Shown here: positions 1 through 9,379 of the stretch, piece after piece
How positions within the stretch are numbered: position 1 is the stretch's first letter
Layout of the letters: each line of letters begins with the position of its first letter
Made by a program: the position numbers and the translations under genes
Notes under the pieces: model-generated
What the model saw: the letters and a program-made list of their open reading frames with translations, nothing else
Database searches by the model: none
What the model was told of the DNA's origin: nothing
NCBI GenBank assembly: GCA_013285735.1
Contig: JABDGZ010000007.1
Location: 1 to 53,630, forward strand
Direction: 5' to 3'
Length of the DNA stretch: 53,630 nucleotides
DNA from: Candidatus Omnitrophota bacterium
GTDB lineage: Bacteria; Omnitrophota; Gorgyraeia; Zapsychrales; Fredricksoniimonadaceae

Positions 1-548
1 ACAATCGCTGGGGCAAGGGAGCGAGCAGGATTCATTGATGCCCCTGTAATTGGCCCAGCAAAAATAGCTTCCAATGCGACCATGCCTCCAATAGCAACGC
101 CTGCCATCAAGCCCTTCTCCTTGGCTCCTTGGGCCACATGTATAATAACAAACATAAGAAAAAAGGTAAGGATTGTTTCAAAGACGAAATCACCCATTGG
201 TGAAATCAGATTAGGCACAGTAATCCCTAACGTCTTATGCTGGGGGAATATAATTCTTAACAACACACTGGCTGTAAGGCCACCTAATATTTGGCTAATC
301 ACAAAGGGGAATAACTCTTTAAGAGAAAGTCGTTTTGCTAACCAGAATCCAAATGAAACGGCAGGATTAAAATGTGCTCCTGATATTTCACCCAGGGCAT
401 AAATCATGGTCATTATGATTAAACCAAAGACTAAACCAACACCAAGATGGGTAATCACTCCCCCGCAAATATCATTGATGATAATAGCTCCCGTACCAGC
501 AAAGACTAAAGCAAAAGTGCCTATGTATTCACTAAAATATCTGTTCAT
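1..548 (-). CDS. MIP/aquaporin family channel (NIP/aquaglyceroporin-like), 3' end outside window
   Basis: Manual translation from ATG at 548: [21 protein letters not shown]...SGAHFNPAV...[12 protein letters not shown], with both NPA motifs. Start overlaps the arsC stop (ATGA). Absent from the ORF track. Confidence 0.93.
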   Translation of the reverse strand, partial: MNRYFSEYIGTFALVFAGTGAIIINDICGGVITHLGVGLVFGLIIMTMIYALGEISGAHFNPAVSFGFWLAKRLSLKELFPFVISQILGGLTASVLLRIIFPQHKTLGITVPNLISPMGDFVFETILTFFLMFVIIHVAQGAKEKGLMAGVAIGGMVALEAIFAGPITGASMNPARSLAPAI

Positions 549-991
549 GTTTTATTAGTAGATGTACAAACTTTAACACACCAACCTTCAATCTTCTGCT
601 TTATAGCGTCACGGATAGGTCTTATTTGGTTAAGTTTTTCCTTATGACTTCCCGTGGCCTTTGAAGGGTCAGGGAAGCTCCAATGTAGCCGTTGGGTTAA
701 GCCAGGAAAAATAGGACATCGTTCTGCGCTGGCCTCGTCACAAACAGTAATAACATAGCTAAAATGTTCTCCTCTTTTAAAAAGGTCAAAAACTGCCTGT
801 GTCTTTTTACGGGATATATCAATTCCTTCCTCTTTCATAACTTCAACGACCAACGGATTCAATACACCAGGCTCAAGACCTGCACTTTGGGCTTCAAAGG
901 AATCACCACAGATATGGTTTAACCATGCCTCTGCCATCTGGCTTCTTGCTGAATTGTGAATACAAACAAACAACACCTTTTGTTTAGACAT
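545..991 (-). CDS. arsC: Arsenate reductase, thioredoxin-coupled LMW-PTP family
   Basis: [18 protein letters not shown]-loop, TVCD..ERCP resolving cysteines and HWSFPDP motif. Confidence 0.92.
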   Translation of the reverse strand: MSKQKVLFVCIHNSARSQMAEAWLNHICGDSFEAQSAGLEPGVLNPLVVEVMKEEGIDISRKKTQAVFDLFKRGEHFSYVITVCDEASAERCPIFPGLTQRLHWSFPDPSKATGSHKEKLNQIRPIRDAIKQKIEGWCVKVCTSTNKT

Positions 992-994
992 GGC

Positions 995-1291
995 TTATCC
1001 TCCTTTAATGACTTTACAACAGCCACCCTCTATCTTTAATGATTTAATTTCTACTAAGGCTTGAGCAATTTTCTTACGGGCAGATGAGATTATTCTTGAG
1101 ACAGTGGAACGATGGACACGCATTTCTTTAGCGGCCTGTAGCTGGGATAACCCTTCATGGTCTAAAAGCCTTACAGCTTCAAACTCATCCAAGGTTAAGA
1201 CAATGGCATCTTTTGCATTACCTTTTGGCCGAGGCTCAAAATTCCGTTCCGCAGGACTACATTTAACCCAACGTATTTTCTTTGGCCTCAT
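995..1291 (-). CDS. DUF134 (UPF0251) family putative DNA-binding protein
   Basis: MRPKKIR..., LTLDEFEAVRLLDHEGLSQ..AA..M.V.RSTV.RI...ARKKIA.AL...IEGG. Likely start is the ATG at 1291. Confidence 0.88.
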   Translation of the reverse strand: MRPKKIRWVKCSPAERNFEPRPKGNAKDAIVLTLDEFEAVRLLDHEGLSQLQAAKEMRVHRSTVSRIISSARKKIAQALVEIKSLKIEGGCCKVIKGG

Positions 1292-1303
1292 AATAAATCT
1301 ATT

Positions 1304-1319
1304 ATGCACATACGTGCAT
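1304..1319. promoter_or_regulatory. Palindrome just upstream of the DUF134-arsC-aquaporin operon, candidate operator
   Basis: ATGCAC-ATAC-GTGCAT, 13 bp upstream of the likely start. Confidence 0.45.
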
Positions 1320-1793
1320 TATTATCAAGATAAAAAAGCCTGCATAGGAGGAGGGAGAGGTCTAATTTGCAACGGTCCCATCAATCAATAACACACTCTC
1401 TATGCTTCGATACCCCCTGGTCGGATTTGCCAAAAGTCATTTTCCAGAAAAAACCGGCTGGCCCAATTTTTTTAGGAACTGATTTTTTTGATTACCCTTT
1501 TATCTCCTGCGGCCTCCACCTAAAGATAATACAACAATCAGATAGGCAAAAACTAGGCCTGGTATTGCCATGCAAAAAGCGACCACGAGCATGTTGAGCG
1601 CCACCAGATGCCAGTTCTTTTTGATAACTCTATAGTTTATATCTTTATCACCGTACATATAATTTTCGGATCTCTATTGTAAGGTTTAGATTAAGTCCTG
1701 CTGCGAAAGAATAAAAATCTATCTTTGAAATTATTGTTGGTAAAAAATATAATAACGCTAAAATAAGTAGTCCCACATTCTAAACAAAGGATA

Positions 1794-1813
1794 ACACCTC
1801 TTTTGAGAGGTGT
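1794..1813. promoter_or_regulatory. Inverted repeat upstream of XRE gene, candidate operator
   Basis: ACACCTCT-TTTG-AGAGGTGT, 30 bp before the ATG at 1844. Confidence 0.45.
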
Positions 1814-1843
1814 CAAGATACAGACCCTATAGAGACAAAGCGT

Positions 1844-2059
1844 ATGCAAACGGCTATAAATTTAAGATTTTCTAAACGATTACAGGAATTAAGAAAAAAG
1901 CACAAGTATACTCAGCAGGAATTAGCAGATTTAGCAGGTGTCGGCTATAAACACTACCAACGCTATGAAGGTGAAAATCCTCCTCTCGCAAAGCTTGATT
2001 TTGTCGAAAAAATTGCCAAAGCCTTCAAGATAACCCCTTCCAAACTATTGGATTTCTAA
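1844..2059 (+). CDS. XRE/Cro-C1 family HTH transcriptional regulator
   Basis: RLQELRKKHKYTQQELADLAGVGYKHYQRYE...KIAKAFKITPSKLL. Confidence 0.9.
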   Translation: MQTAINLRFSKRLQELRKKHKYTQQELADLAGVGYKHYQRYEGENPPLAKLDFVEKIAKAFKITPSKLLDF

Positions 2060-2071
2060 AAGCTCTGGATG

Positions 2072-4171
2072 TTATGCTCCAGAGAGAGCTCTCATTTTTC
2101 TTGCTTCATTAATTTCAAAATAAAAATCGAGGGAACTAAAAGTAAGGTGTCTAGTACTCCATAGTTCGCGTTTAAAATCTTCATTTGATCGGACCTCATC
2201 GAGAAGAACTAGAAATTGCGGAATGCTAAGAAACCAGCTATTGAAATAGGGAATCTTATGTTTCACATCTATTTTGCACAACTCGATTTCTTGAGAATAC
2301 AGCTCTCTACATTTTTCGTTTAGTTCATCAAAATCAACCTGATGCTTTGGGTCTACTGCATTGAACTGTGCAGTCGTTACCAATCGCATTAACTGAGCTA
2401 TTACCCTTCGATCCTGAATCCCACCGTAATCTAAAAGTGTAAGCGAGATTCTTTCTATTCCACGATCTTTATGCTCTAGTCGGTATGTTGTTCCAGAAGA
2501 ATCTTCTAAATCCAGGTATCGTTGTTTGCGTATTGCTATTTCATGATTACCAAGCTGAATCTGTGAATCTATTAAACTCTTAGATATATCTACAAGAAGT
2601 TTTACGTCATTTCCTCCCTGGGCCTTCCGTGTAAGAACCTTCGATTTAAGTTCAATGAAAATAATTGCTTCTTTAGTTTCAATTACGCAATCACATTCCC
2701 ACTGCTTCCCGTTATACGAATACTTTCCAGAGGAATAGCTAACATTTCTTGCCACCAATTCCCTTTTTAAGAATCTCTCCCCTGCCAATCCTATTCTTTC
2801 TTGTGTTCTCTCTGAGCCAACATACGATCTTATGACTGAAGCAACCGCCTCATAAAAACCAACACTACACCAAGACAAATCCATTAAACAATAATCTTGT
2901 TCAATTTGTAAAAGAGGTTTGAATTGATAATCAATGGATTCAACTTCATGGGGAATACTAAACTTATGATTGGGCCCAGGTTTAACGTGAGAAAATGCCT
3001 TAAGTATTATTTCGACGACCCCATCATTCACATTTTGAGTATTAGTGATGACATCCTTGGTATTAAAGAATACGGTTTTTTGAGGTGGGGTTAATCGAAG
3101 TATGGCATTTATTACCTCAACAGCCTGTGTCATATTCCATCTCAACTTTTCCTGCATTTCTGAATTATCTACCCAATCGAATAAATTTTGGATCAGTTTA
3201 ACAATATCGGAAGGTCGCAGCTGTCGAATTAAAAACAAGGAATCGTAGAGACTGATTTCCCTTAAAAAATCTATTAATGTATCAACTGTCTGAAATTCAA
3301 TTTCAAACCGAGAGTACGGCTGAACATCATATAAACAACCAAGAGCTATTAATTCATCCTTAAATCTTTCTATGACTTCTTGGGTCAGCTCACCACCAAT
3401 TAAATTATTCGCTTTTATACATAGATTTAGAACATACCCTAAGGGTATTTGAGCAGAAACTTCCTGGCCTGTATTAGGACAGTTTCGACAAAGATGATAT
3501 CTCCCTAACGCCGAATCAAATCTTTCTGAAAGTTTGATAAAAATGTGAACGGCCATCTTGAGTCCTCCGAGACTACGAAGATCTTTCTCAATAGACTCAA
3601 TCAACACTTTCAATTGATCATCCGGCAATTGAAAACGCCCACTCTCAACAGATAATCCATCAAAGCTATGTTCATTTAACCAAATCAATCCCTTAGCGGG
3701 TTTTGATAATCTGGGGAATCTAAGTTCGTTATCTGCATTTGTGTATTGATTTGGATATGGCGACCTCAAGATAAGTACATCCTTAATCAATTTAATCGCA
3801 TCTTTCCATTCTTTATTCTTATCAAAGAATAGAAACCTCTGATTCTTTTGTAATTTTCTTGATGCTTCTTTAAGGGTATCCGCAACAGAAAGATAACTAA
3901 CCAGATCCGACCTCTCGATTATCTGCTGTCGAACCAGCTGCTTAAATAATAGCCAAAAATCTCTAGAGTAAAACCCTTCATTTGAGGTCACAAGTGTTTC
4001 TACGATTCGACTCTCAAGGTGGCTTATAACATGATTCACGGTCAAGGATGAGCCAATAGACATTTCAAAATGGTTATACAATTTCGACAAGTCTACTGGG
4101 TAAGCCTCCAATGAAGGCTTTACTGAATCAACGATGCTCTTAAATTGTTCCTCTTGGATCATATTCTTCAA
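2072..4171 (-). CDS. Large protein with C-terminal PD-(D/E)XK (NERD-like) nuclease motif
   Basis: GLAGERFL...ECDCVIETKEAIIFIELKSK fits the E...D...ExK restriction-endonuclease-like core. The N-terminal ~450 aa are unrecognised. Confidence 0.6.
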   Translation of the reverse strand: MKNMIQEEQFKSIVDSVKPSLEAYPVDLSKLYNHFEMSIGSSLTVNHVISHLESRIVETLVTSNEGFYSRDFWLLFKQLVRQQIIERSDLVSYLSVADTLKEASRKLQKNQRFLFFDKNKEWKDAIKLIKDVLILRSPYPNQYTNADNELRFPRLSKPAKGLIWLNEHSFDGLSVESGRFQLPDDQLKVLIESIEKDLRSLGGLKMAVHIFIKLSERFDSALGRYHLCRNCPNTGQEVSAQIPLGYVLNLCIKANNLIGGELTQEVIERFKDELIALGCLYDVQPYSRFEIEFQTVDTLIDFLREISLYDSLFLIRQLRPSDIVKLIQNLFDWVDNSEMQEKLRWNMTQAVEVINAILRLTPPQKTVFFNTKDVITNTQNVNDGVVEIILKAFSHVKPGPNHKFSIPHEVESIDYQFKPLLQIEQDYCLMDLSWCSVGFYEAVASVIRSYVGSERTQERIGLAGERFLKRELVARNVSYSSGKYSYNGKQWECDCVIETKEAIIFIELKSKVLTRKAQGGNDVKLLVDISKSLIDSQIQLGNHEIAIRKQRYLDLEDSSGTTYRLEHKDRGIERISLTLLDYGGIQDRRVIAQLMRLVTTAQFNAVDPKHQVDFDELNEKCRELYSQEIELCKIDVKHKIPYFNSWFLSIPQFLVLLDEVRSNEDFKRELWSTRHLTFSSLDFYFEINEARKMRALSGA

Positions 4172-4223
4172 TCAAGGTCTTTGTGTATTTTAGTTTTGAA
4201 GGACTTCGTAGGAATGATGGAAT

Positions 4224-4949
4224 TTATTTACTACAATGGGCAGCTAAATAATCATTATACGCATTAATGCTGGCATTATAATCGTCTATCCTTTTCTGAA
4301 GCGCATCCCAATCATTATTATATGATGATTTTTTACTATTATATTCATCGACCTTTTGATTATATGAATCGATTTCATATTGAGGCGAGTCAGATGTTAT
4401 TCCCATGTTGTTCATGTCAGTCATTAAATTATCGAGTTCTTCCTTACGCACCTTCAAGTCAGCCTGAGTACTTTCAATAGATTCTTTTTCAGAATCAGGA
4501 GGATTTAATAATGCCGCCTGATTATGATAATACTGCGAACAACTATAGGAACCGTCAGTTACAACACCGTTTGATTCGGTAGAATAGTTTGGAGAAGGAT
4601 TGTAAGACGATGTTGTTGATGTAGGGGTTGAATAATTAGAGTGATACCTATTATTTTTAGTATATGAGCATAACAATACCAAAAGAAGAAGCCATACCCA
4701 AAAATGCTTCCAAAGAAACCTATAAAACCAAACAAGACCACTCCACAACATTACAAAAATATTCTTAGAATTTGAAGTTTTTCCCTTTCCTGATTTCTTT
4801 ATTGAAGCTGATCGACCTTTCTGGTCGGCACTAGCTGACGTTTCATTCTTTGATTTGGTATCTTCCGTGACCTGCTCCCTACAATATGGACAAAATTTTG
4901 TCTCATTTGGTAAGTCTCTTTCACAACATTTACATACTGCTGTGGTCAT
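4224..4949 (-). CDS. Zinc-ribbon, single-TM, coiled-coil protein
   Basis: N-terminal CxxC...CPYC, hydrophobic segment (FWVWLLLLVLL), S/T/Y-rich linker and heptad-rich C-terminus bracketed by Cys. Confidence 0.7.
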   Translation of the reverse strand: MTTAVCKCCERDLPNETKFCPYCREQVTEDTKSKNETSASADQKGRSASIKKSGKGKTSNSKNIFVMLWSGLVWFYRFLWKHFWVWLLLLVLLCSYTKNNRYHSNYSTPTSTTSSYNPSPNYSTESNGVVTDGSYSCSQYYHNQAALLNPPDSEKESIESTQADLKVRKEELDNLMTDMNNMGITSDSPQYEIDSYNQKVDEYNSKKSSYNNDWDALQKRIDDYNASINAYNDYLAAHCSK

Positions 4950-5335
4950 TTTTTATCTCCAAAAAAAACGTCATCATCTGAACCGCTTAAATTTCTCTTT
5001 ATTTCCTTTATTAAAAATACTGCTTCAGTATTGCCAAACTTGATCTTATCGTTATTCTTTAACTCAGATTTTTGTTCTACCTTAACGCCATTTAAATAGG
5101 TCCCATTCGTACTTTTTAAGTCCTCTAGAACATATTTATTCTTATCCTTAAAGATTCGAGCATGTTTTCTTGAACAAAAGGAGTCATAAGGAATTTGAAC
5201 GGACGAATTCTCCTCACGGCCAATAATAACGGGCTCCGTAGATTTAATAGCAAACCTATGCCCTTGCATCGGCCCTTCTGTTATTAGTAAAAAAACCACC
5301 TCAATATCCATCACATCATTATTCCCTTTTTCCAA
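4946..5335 (-). CDS. FHA domain protein
   Basis: IIGRE, SRKHARI, LEDLKSTNGTYLNG and LKNNDKIKFG are the canonical phosphothreonine-binding FHA motifs. Confidence 0.93.
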   Translation of the reverse strand: MEKGNNDVMDIEVVFLLITEGPMQGHRFAIKSTEPVIIGREENSSVQIPYDSFCSRKHARIFKDKNKYVLEDLKSTNGTYLNGVKVEQKSELKNNDKIKFGNTEAVFLIKEIKRNLSGSDDDVFFGDKK

Positions 5336-6372
5336 CCCGATAAAATAGGTCCATATTTCGATAACAATTCCGACTTCTTGCCCGATGCTTGTTTAGAAAT
5401 TACCTCTTCTAATATCTCAACTGCTTTTGAGAGTGTTGCATATTGTTTACCTAAAGACATTGCCTGATTTATTGCACCGTTTATACCTTTGGAACTATTT
5501 TCTTCATATTCAACGAGGGCCTCTAAAAAGGAACCCGCATCTTGATATCGGTCTTTCATATCTACAGCTAATGCTTTAAGAACAATTGCATCAATTTCTT
5601 TATCTAAATCTTTGTTAAAGTTTGATGGCGGAGGAGGCATTTTACTACGTGAAGCTTTAATAGCTGCCTCAGCTACGGCCTTTTGCGTATACGTTTCTTC
5701 AGGCATCACGTATGGTGGAACTCCAGTTAGCATCATATAAAAAACGATGCCAGCAGAAAAAACGTCACTGGCTGGAGATTCATAATTCCAAAAAGCTTCA
5801 GGTGGCATATATGCAAGCGTGCCACCCGCTGTTATGAGCTTTGTTTCAGAATCTACGTGCCGGGCAAGACCAAAATCACCAACTTTTGCACAGAATTTAC
5901 CTTCTTGGATTAAAAGTAATATATTGTTTGGTTTTATATCCCGATGAACCACTGGAGGAGTCATCTTATGAGCTTGTGCCAATCCCCTACAGATATCCTT
6001 TTGCAAATTTAAGGCCTCATTTATAGACAACCTTACTTTATTATCGATATATTGAGCTAAATTAGGCCCGTTGACAAACTCCGTAGCTATATAGTTAAAA
6101 CGTCGTGAATCATAACGGAATGAATTAGCTTCAAAAACCCTTACTACATTTTCTTGAGCAATTTTAGAAAGAATAAAAGCCTCATTAAATAATTCTGCCT
6201 CTTGATCCATTGATATACTTCCAGGATGAAAAATCTTTATTGCCTGAATTCCAAGATACTTATGACGAACCTTATATACCGCACCAAATGCCCCCTGCCC
6301 AAGGAATGCGTCAATGGTATAGGTTTCCTTTATTTCTAGAAAACGTGGTAATCTTTCAATCTCATAACTCAT
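5311..6372 (-). CDS. Hanks-type Ser/Thr protein kinase (soluble)
   Basis: GQGAFG, AIK, HRDIKPNN, DFG, GTLAYMPPE and SDVFSAG motifs. No TM segment. Confidence 0.95.
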   Translation of the reverse strand: MSYEIERLPRFLEIKETYTIDAFLGQGAFGAVYKVRHKYLGIQAIKIFHPGSISMDQEAELFNEAFILSKIAQENVVRVFEANSFRYDSRRFNYIATEFVNGPNLAQYIDNKVRLSINEALNLQKDICRGLAQAHKMTPPVVHRDIKPNNILLLIQEGKFCAKVGDFGLARHVDSETKLITAGGTLAYMPPEAFWNYESPASDVFSAGIVFYMMLTGVPPYVMPEETYTQKAVAEAAIKASRSKMPPPPSNFNKDLDKEIDAIVLKALAVDMKDRYQDAGSFLEALVEYEENSSKGINGAINQAMSLGKQYATLSKAVEILEEVISKQASGKKSELLSKYGPILSGWKKGIMM

Positions 6373-6374
6373 TG

Positions 6375-8843
6375 TTATCTTATCCCTGCATCACTAACTT
6401 TATTCTGAATATTATCCTGGGTATCTTTGGGCATGAGTCCCCAAATTTGCCACATGATACTCTTTAAAGAATCGAAATCTTGTCTCTGAAGCGCTATCCG
6501 ACCTTCATTAATTAAACTTTGAGCTTTTACAGGATCGGTATATGAATAATTGCCACTTTTCACCTCTTGGAACACACCAATCCAAAAATCAGATTGGTCA
6601 AATGTAATTTTCCAATGAAGATTGTTTAATTCATCAATAAAATGGCTTAATTTCTTTACATCTTTAGAACCTATAGCTTTTTCACATTCAATTTTTAATG
6701 ATTCAAAACGATCTTTATCTTGTTGCTTACCACGGGTCTCCACTAAAGGTTTCACATTCTTGAGAGCTTCATCATAACTTGCCATAAGAGACGGCCATTT
6801 AGTGAGACTCTCTAAAGAATCTAAAGCAATCTGTAAATCCTTTAATCTCCTATCAGCCTTTTCTGCTGCATCAGGATCGCCTCCTTGGGCAGCATTAATA
6901 TCCGACTCTAATTCTTCCACTTTGGAAGAAATATGTCCTTCTCCTAACCTTTCAACTAAATCACTATTACCTGAACTTTGAATTTTACCTTTTATTTCTT
7001 GATAACGACTACTTTCTTCCTTTAAATCTTTGGCTAACTTCTGGGCATCTGGTTTAGGAGAAACTTTATTTACTAAAACATCATCGAACTTTGCATCAAT
7101 ACATTCAATATATGCTGAGATCTTTGGGCTCCTATCCTTATCGATGCTTAGAACAATGTCTATATTTTGATTCTCAGGAACCGTCTTTTTAATCATTGTT
7201 CCACTAATTATAAGCTCACCGACACGGCGATTCCTTTTAGCAAACTCACTTTCTCCTTCACAAACTATAATCTTAATTTCACCGTTTTCATTTGGTTTTA
7301 GTGTTTTGACCGCTTTATATGTCTTCATCTTACCTCTTGCTGGTAACGTAATGCCACGCTCCAAATGCTTATCGAATGAACCATCTTCTAATTCAAGACC
7401 AATTGAGCGTGTCAACGTTGCCTCACCGACAGAAATACCCTGAGTAATAGTAAAATTATCTGGATCACAGGGTATAGAATTACCCGCATTATCAACAATT
7501 GATACACTGAATGAATTTAATTTCTTTTCCGATAACGGCACTGTTAATACAAATGCTCCATTTTGAAGTGCGACTAAACCGCTTTGCCAATGTCCGTCAT
7601 TTCGACGGAGCTGAACCTGACAACCAGCGGGCGCACCTTCTAATTTCCCTGCAACATGCGTCTCAATTTCTATAGTCATGGGTGAATAATTCAATTTTAA
7701 CGAATGTTTTGACTTATCTTTTATGACTAAATCATCCGGCAACATTTGAGTTGCCGCATAAATAGCAGCTCCTTGTGCAACGACCGTTAAAGGATTGATT
7801 CGGAATTCAACTGGAATACCAAGCTCGTCCTTTAATCTTTGTCGAATTATAGGAGTTTTTGTTGGTCCTCCTACCAATAAAATATTAACGATGTCGGATG
7901 GTATTAATTGTTGTTGTTTTAATGCCGACTTCAATAGATCAACGGTCTTTATAACATAGTCCTCTATCAGATCTTCATACTGCTTTCTGGTGATAGGTAT
8001 ATTTATAGAAATTTCCCTGCCGTCTTTATCTTTATACCGGGAATCTATGGTTATTTCCGCCTTGTCACTATTAGAGAGCTCAATTTTTGCTTTTTCACTC
8101 TCAGCCTTCAAAACAGAATTTAAAGACTGATACGTTAGATTTGTTCTATTTAAATTTGGCAAATTATATTCTTTAGCAAGAATAGGATGGATAAAGCGCT
8201 CAACGATCCTCCAATCAAAATCTTTACCTCCCAAATAATTATCTCCACAATGATCGACAACTGTTAATCGCCCTTCCTTTGCAGACATGATTGCAATATC
8301 AAAAGTGCCCCCACCCAAGTCATATACTACCCAATAACCTTTAGGCATGTTTTCAATAAACCCATAAGCAATTGATGCTGCAACAGGTTCTTGCAACAGA
8401 GGAGAATATTCAATACCTGCCAATTTAGCAGCTCTCTTTGTCGCTTCACATTGTATATCTTCAAAGTTACATGGAACTGTTATTACAGCGGCAATAACAT
8501 CCTCATCATAACTATTTCGAGCTGTCGCTCTCAAATTCTTTAATACTTCAGCTGACATTTCCTCCGGGGTTAAAGTACGTCCTGAAGCTTTAAAACTGCC
8601 CGTCTGATGTGTCCCCATCCACCGTTTAAATTCAATAAAGGTATTCTCAGGATCGCTAACATGACGTTCGTATGCCTTCCTTCCGATAATAACTTCGCCT
8701 TTCTCTGTCAGCCTGACTACCGAAGGTGTGAACTCCTCTTCATAGTTATTCTTAAGAACCCTGACCTCACCGTTATGCATACAAGCAACTTCAGAATTAG
8801 TGGTGCCCAAATCAATACCAAAGTCTATGGTTCTTCTGGCCAT
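6375..8843 (-). CDS. Specialised Hsp70-family protein (not housekeeping DnaK)
   Basis: GIDLGTTNS, VITVP, EPVAASIAYG, YDLGGGTFD, YLGGKDFD and LVGGPTKTP motifs. 822 aa, with an extra beta-rich insert after the ATPase domain and a divergent helical C-terminus. Confidence 0.93.
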   Translation of the reverse strand: MARRTIDFGIDLGTTNSEVACMHNGEVRVLKNNYEEEFTPSVVRLTEKGEVIIGRKAYERHVSDPENTFIEFKRWMGTHQTGSFKASGRTLTPEEMSAEVLKNLRATARNSYDEDVIAAVITVPCNFEDIQCEATKRAAKLAGIEYSPLLQEPVAASIAYGFIENMPKGYWVVYDLGGGTFDIAIMSAKEGRLTVVDHCGDNYLGGKDFDWRIVERFIHPILAKEYNLPNLNRTNLTYQSLNSVLKAESEKAKIELSNSDKAEITIDSRYKDKDGREISINIPITRKQYEDLIEDYVIKTVDLLKSALKQQQLIPSDIVNILLVGGPTKTPIIRQRLKDELGIPVEFRINPLTVVAQGAAIYAATQMLPDDLVIKDKSKHSLKLNYSPMTIEIETHVAGKLEGAPAGCQVQLRRNDGHWQSGLVALQNGAFVLTVPLSEKKLNSFSVSIVDNAGNSIPCDPDNFTITQGISVGEATLTRSIGLELEDGSFDKHLERGITLPARGKMKTYKAVKTLKPNENGEIKIIVCEGESEFAKRNRRVGELIISGTMIKKTVPENQNIDIVLSIDKDRSPKISAYIECIDAKFDDVLVNKVSPKPDAQKLAKDLKEESSRYQEIKGKIQSSGNSDLVERLGEGHISSKVEELESDINAAQGGDPDAAEKADRRLKDLQIALDSLESLTKWPSLMASYDEALKNVKPLVETRGKQQDKDRFESLKIECEKAIGSKDVKKLSHFIDELNNLHWKITFDQSDFWIGVFQEVKSGNYSYTDPVKAQSLINEGRIALQRQDFDSLKSIMWQIWGLMPKDTQDNIQNKVSDAGIR

Positions 8844-8854
8844 ATCGTTCCCCT

Positions 8855-9352
8855 TTATTTCTGCGTGGATTTAGCCACCACGACTTCTCCATGAAAAATT
8901 ACTTTTTCGTTATAAAAAATAGTTGGTCTAATAGTTTCTACAATCTTCGCATAACCAGCAGGTAACGTAGGATCGTCTTCAAAATGTAAAACCCGCAATG
9001 AAATACCTTCTTTATATCCTTGCTCTAAATAGTCCTTAACAACAATACCTTCACGGATAAAAAGATCTTTTATACGTTCCATCTGATCAAAGAACGCACT
9101 GAGATCTACACTTGGCTGCTCCTCCTTAAGCTTCTTGAGTCGCTTTTCCAAACGCCACATCTCCACACAAAATGAAATGGTCAATTTAAATCCATTATTA
9201 AAATCATTAACAGGAATTACGTTATCTGGATGAAAGAGTTGGCACGGTTTTGTCATACAATCTTTTAAAAGAGAATTGTTCTTAAATCCAAAAAAGATGA
9301 AATCGTCGCTACCTTCACTTGGACCTTCTTTAATCCGAACTTTAGGAATCAT
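8855..9352 (-). CDS. GrpE-like nucleotide exchange factor
   Basis: Helical middle (IKDLFIREGIVV) and C-terminal IVETIRPTIFYNEKVIFHGEVVVAK resemble the GrpE beta-domain. Adjacent to Hsp70. Confidence 0.7.
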   Translation of the reverse strand: MIPKVRIKEGPSEGSDDFIFFGFKNNSLLKDCMTKPCQLFHPDNVIPVNDFNNGFKLTISFCVEMWRLEKRLKKLKEEQPSVDLSAFFDQMERIKDLFIREGIVVKDYLEQGYKEGISLRVLHFEDDPTLPAGYAKIVETIRPTIFYNEKVIFHGEVVVAKSTQK

Positions 9353-9379
9353 TATTTATTTCTCCAGTTAAATATTCAC

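Noticed and set aside
82-402. 106-aa plus-strand ORF
   Set aside because: Antisense shadow of the aquaporin gene.
1340-1600. Possible structured RNA or phage-end-like sequence (GCATAG...CTATGC, TACCCCCTGG) and a 76-aa ORF
   Set aside because: Pairing is too short and no recognisable motif or coding signal is present.
1648-1776. Minus-strand stretch GLLILALLYFLPTIIS resembling the start of superinfection-immunity (Imm) proteins
   Set aside because: Similarity ends after ~16 aa and there is an in-frame stop just upstream. At most a decayed remnant.
6375-8843. Calling this gene dnaK
   Set aside because: It is too long, lacks the canonical linker and substrate-binding signature, and lies in an island with atypical partners.
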